Source: Centroscyllium fabricii (lineage: Eukaryota). From it: DNA of 64,000 bases. The notes beneath the pieces were generated by a model that was given only the letters and a program-made list of their open reading frames with translations, was not told the origin of the DNA and did no database searches. Where the stretch lies: contig JBNRSN020000002.1 in NCBI GenBank assembly GCA_051313645.2, positions 289,168,001 to 289,232,000 of the forward strand. Direction: 5' to 3'. Both the position numbers and the translations under genes were made by a program. The stretch's first letter is position 1, and each line of letters starts with the position of its first letter. Positions 61,771 to 64,000 of the stretch are shown piece after piece.

Positions 61771-62210
61771 AAGAGAAGCTGACTTAAAGAACGCACATAT
61801 GGGAGGAAGAGAGAAATCTGATCTCCCACATCTCACCTTAGCAGAGATAGACAGAGCACACAAAGGCGTATTAACATATTTTAACACATCAGTCGAGCAG
61901 AGGCTGATAGCCAAATTCCGCACCCATGAGGACGGTCTCAACCGTGATATTGGCTTCATGTCACGTTACATGTGACCCTGCCTGACATAGAGTCATCCAG
62001 ACTAGAGACATCTTTGTCTTGTAAGGAACTTCCATTTTTTTAAATCATTCTGTGTGTTTGACCCCTTGTGACTGTGCCTCATTGATCTCAGACTGATGTG
62101 TTAAAATATGTTAATACGCCATTGTGTGCTCTGTCTATCTCTGCTAAGGTGAGATGTGGGAGAGCAGATTTCTCTCTTCCTCCCATAGGTGCGTTCTTTA
62201 AGTCAGCTTC

Positions 62211-63369
62211 AGCAAGGCGTTCGACAAGGTCCCGCACGGTCGGCTCATGAAGAAAGTAAGGAGTTGCGGGGTAAGCAGCAAAGTGGTGGGATGGATTGAG
62301 AACTGGCTGGCTCAGAGGAAGCAGAGGGTAGTGGTAGAAGGCCAATACTCGAGCTGGAGACCGGTCACCAGCGGGGTACCACAGGGGTCGGTGTTGGGGC
62401 CACTACTGTTTGTAATCTTCATCAATGACTTGGAGGAGGGGGCTGAGGGGTGGGTCAGCAAATTTGCAGATGACACAAAGATTGGGGGAGTAGTGGATGA
62501 GGAGGAAGGGAGTAGAACGATTCAGAGGGATATAGACAGGATGCAGAGCTGGGCTGAAGAATGGCAAATGGAGTTCAACACGGGGAAATGCGAGGTGATG
62601 CACTTCGGCAGGGCAAATAGGAAGAGGGAATATAGGGTCAACGGCAGGATCCTGAGTGAAGCAGAGGAGCAAAGGGATCTGGGAGTATATGTACACAGAT
62701 CACTGAAGGCTGCCACCCAGGTGGACAAAGCAGTAAAAAAGGCCTATGGTGTATTGGCCTTCATCAACAGGGGAATAGAGTTTAAGAACCGGGAGGTCAT
62801 GCTGCAGTTGTACAGGTCACTGGTGAGACCACACGTGGAGTACTGTGTGCAGTTCTGGGCACCGTACTACAGGAGGGATGTGGAGGCACTGGAAAGAGTG
62901 CAGAGGAGATTCACCAGGATGCTGCTGGGAATGGGGGGAAAGTCATACGAGGAACGGTTAAGGGAACTGGGACTCTTCTCCCTGGAACGAAGAAGGAAGA
63001 GGGGGGACCTGATAGAGATGTATAAAATGATGAAGGGGATCGACAGAGTAAATGTGCAAAGACTGTTTCCCCGGGCGGGAAGAACGACAACAAGAGGACA
63101 CGAGCACAAGATTCAAGGAGGAAGATTCAGACGGGATGGCAGGGGCAAGTTCTTCACACAAAGAGTGGTCGGGGAATGGAATAGGCTACCATCTGAAATA
63201 GTGGATGCGGACAGTCTGGGTGCTTTTAAAAGGATGATAGACAGGTACATGGAAGGGAAGGAACAGTAGGGGGGACAGGAAAAATCAGAGACGGAATAAG
63301 GGCGGCACTACATTGAGGGCCCAAGAGCCTGTACAGTGCTGTATGTTCTATGTTCTATGTTCTATGTTC
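62211..63369 (+). mobile_element. Young 5'-truncated CR1 inserted in the Penelope pLTR
   Basis: Open 340-aa RT C-terminal half, near-identical to 55801-56943; (TATGTTC)n tail. Confidence 0.95.
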
Positions 63370-63373
63370 TCTT

Positions 63374-63411
63374 TCACCTGATGAAGGGGCAGAAGCTCCG
63401 AAAGCTTGTGA
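63374..63411 (+). ncRNA. Minimal type I hammerhead ribozyme motif
   Basis: UCAC CUGAUGA A GGGGC AGAA GCUCC GAAA GCUU GUGA; stems I and II pair; palindromic AAGCUU stem III. Confidence 0.78.
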
Positions 63412-64000
63412 TTTCAAATAAAACTGTTGGACTATAACCTGGTGTTGTGTGACTTCTTGCATTTGTCCACCCCAGTCCAACACCGGCACCTCCACATCAT
63501 GGGTAAACTAAACCTCATGTGCTGGTCTATCTTGTGAGATTGGGAATGCCTGCCCTCTGCAGCATTGGCTTCAATAATGGAAGTGAGAGTAGGAATCATT
63601 GCATAATGACTAGACAATGTAAAGCTGCATTGGGGAAAGCGCGTGTCAGGGAGGATTTACTGATGCAGGGAGCTGAGGGCGAGAAAAGATGATTCAGAGA
63701 TTAGTCAATGTGATTTTCAAAACTGTTAAAAAGAATAACAATGACTCTTTAGGAACAGTTAATGAATTTCACATCTCAAAGTAAAATATTATCTGAGAAG
63801 AAGTTATGTTCCATTAACAGGGGAAAAGCTCCAAACTGATTTCTGAATCGGAATTGACCTGAAGTGCCTCATCTGTCCATAATCTGTCTCGTTTAGCATG
63901 GTGATAGTGCCACACTACAGGGTGGTCACTGCTACGAATGCTATCATGAAGATTCGTGTCTGCGACATGTAGACTGGTGATGATAAGGTCAAGTAGGTTA

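Larger units (their letters stand above)
61683..63499 (+). mobile_element. Penelope-like element, 5'-truncated, with an inverted pLTR
   Basis: TSD TGGGTAAACTAA at 61671 and 63500; inverted arm 61681-61893; GIY-YIG-type C-terminus EQRLIAKFRTHEDGLNRD; direct pLTR split by a CR1. Confidence 0.88.

Overview
A gene-poor, repeat-dense eukaryotic window. HE1-like and Deu-domain SINEs plus HER1/CR1 LINEs point to a cartilaginous fish (inference). I could not support any host exon, rRNA, tRNA or CRISPR array. It holds five full-length Ty3/Gypsy LTR elements with readable LTR pairs and TSDs (10899-15260 CsRn1-like; 19644-24525 Mag-like; 30041-35723; 50812-60874; 53644-58977 nested in the previous one), two solo LTRs, CR1/L2/Rex1/Vingi LINE pieces, Harbinger-type remnants and MITEs, Penelope-like elements and a 26-bp minisatellite. 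Top leads: (1) removing the nested element from 50812-60874 restores one uninterrupted 801-aa ORF, Gag-protease fused to a novel coiled-coil/basic-tail domain, with no RT, RNase H or integrase; (2) the 30041-35723 Gypsy has no tRNA PBS but a perfect 14-nt complement to its own LTR (self-priming candidate) and a YLDN RT motif; (3) a Penelope-like element carries two inverted minimal hammerhead ribozyme motifs. Coordinates were read by hand and family names are from recalled motifs, not database searches.
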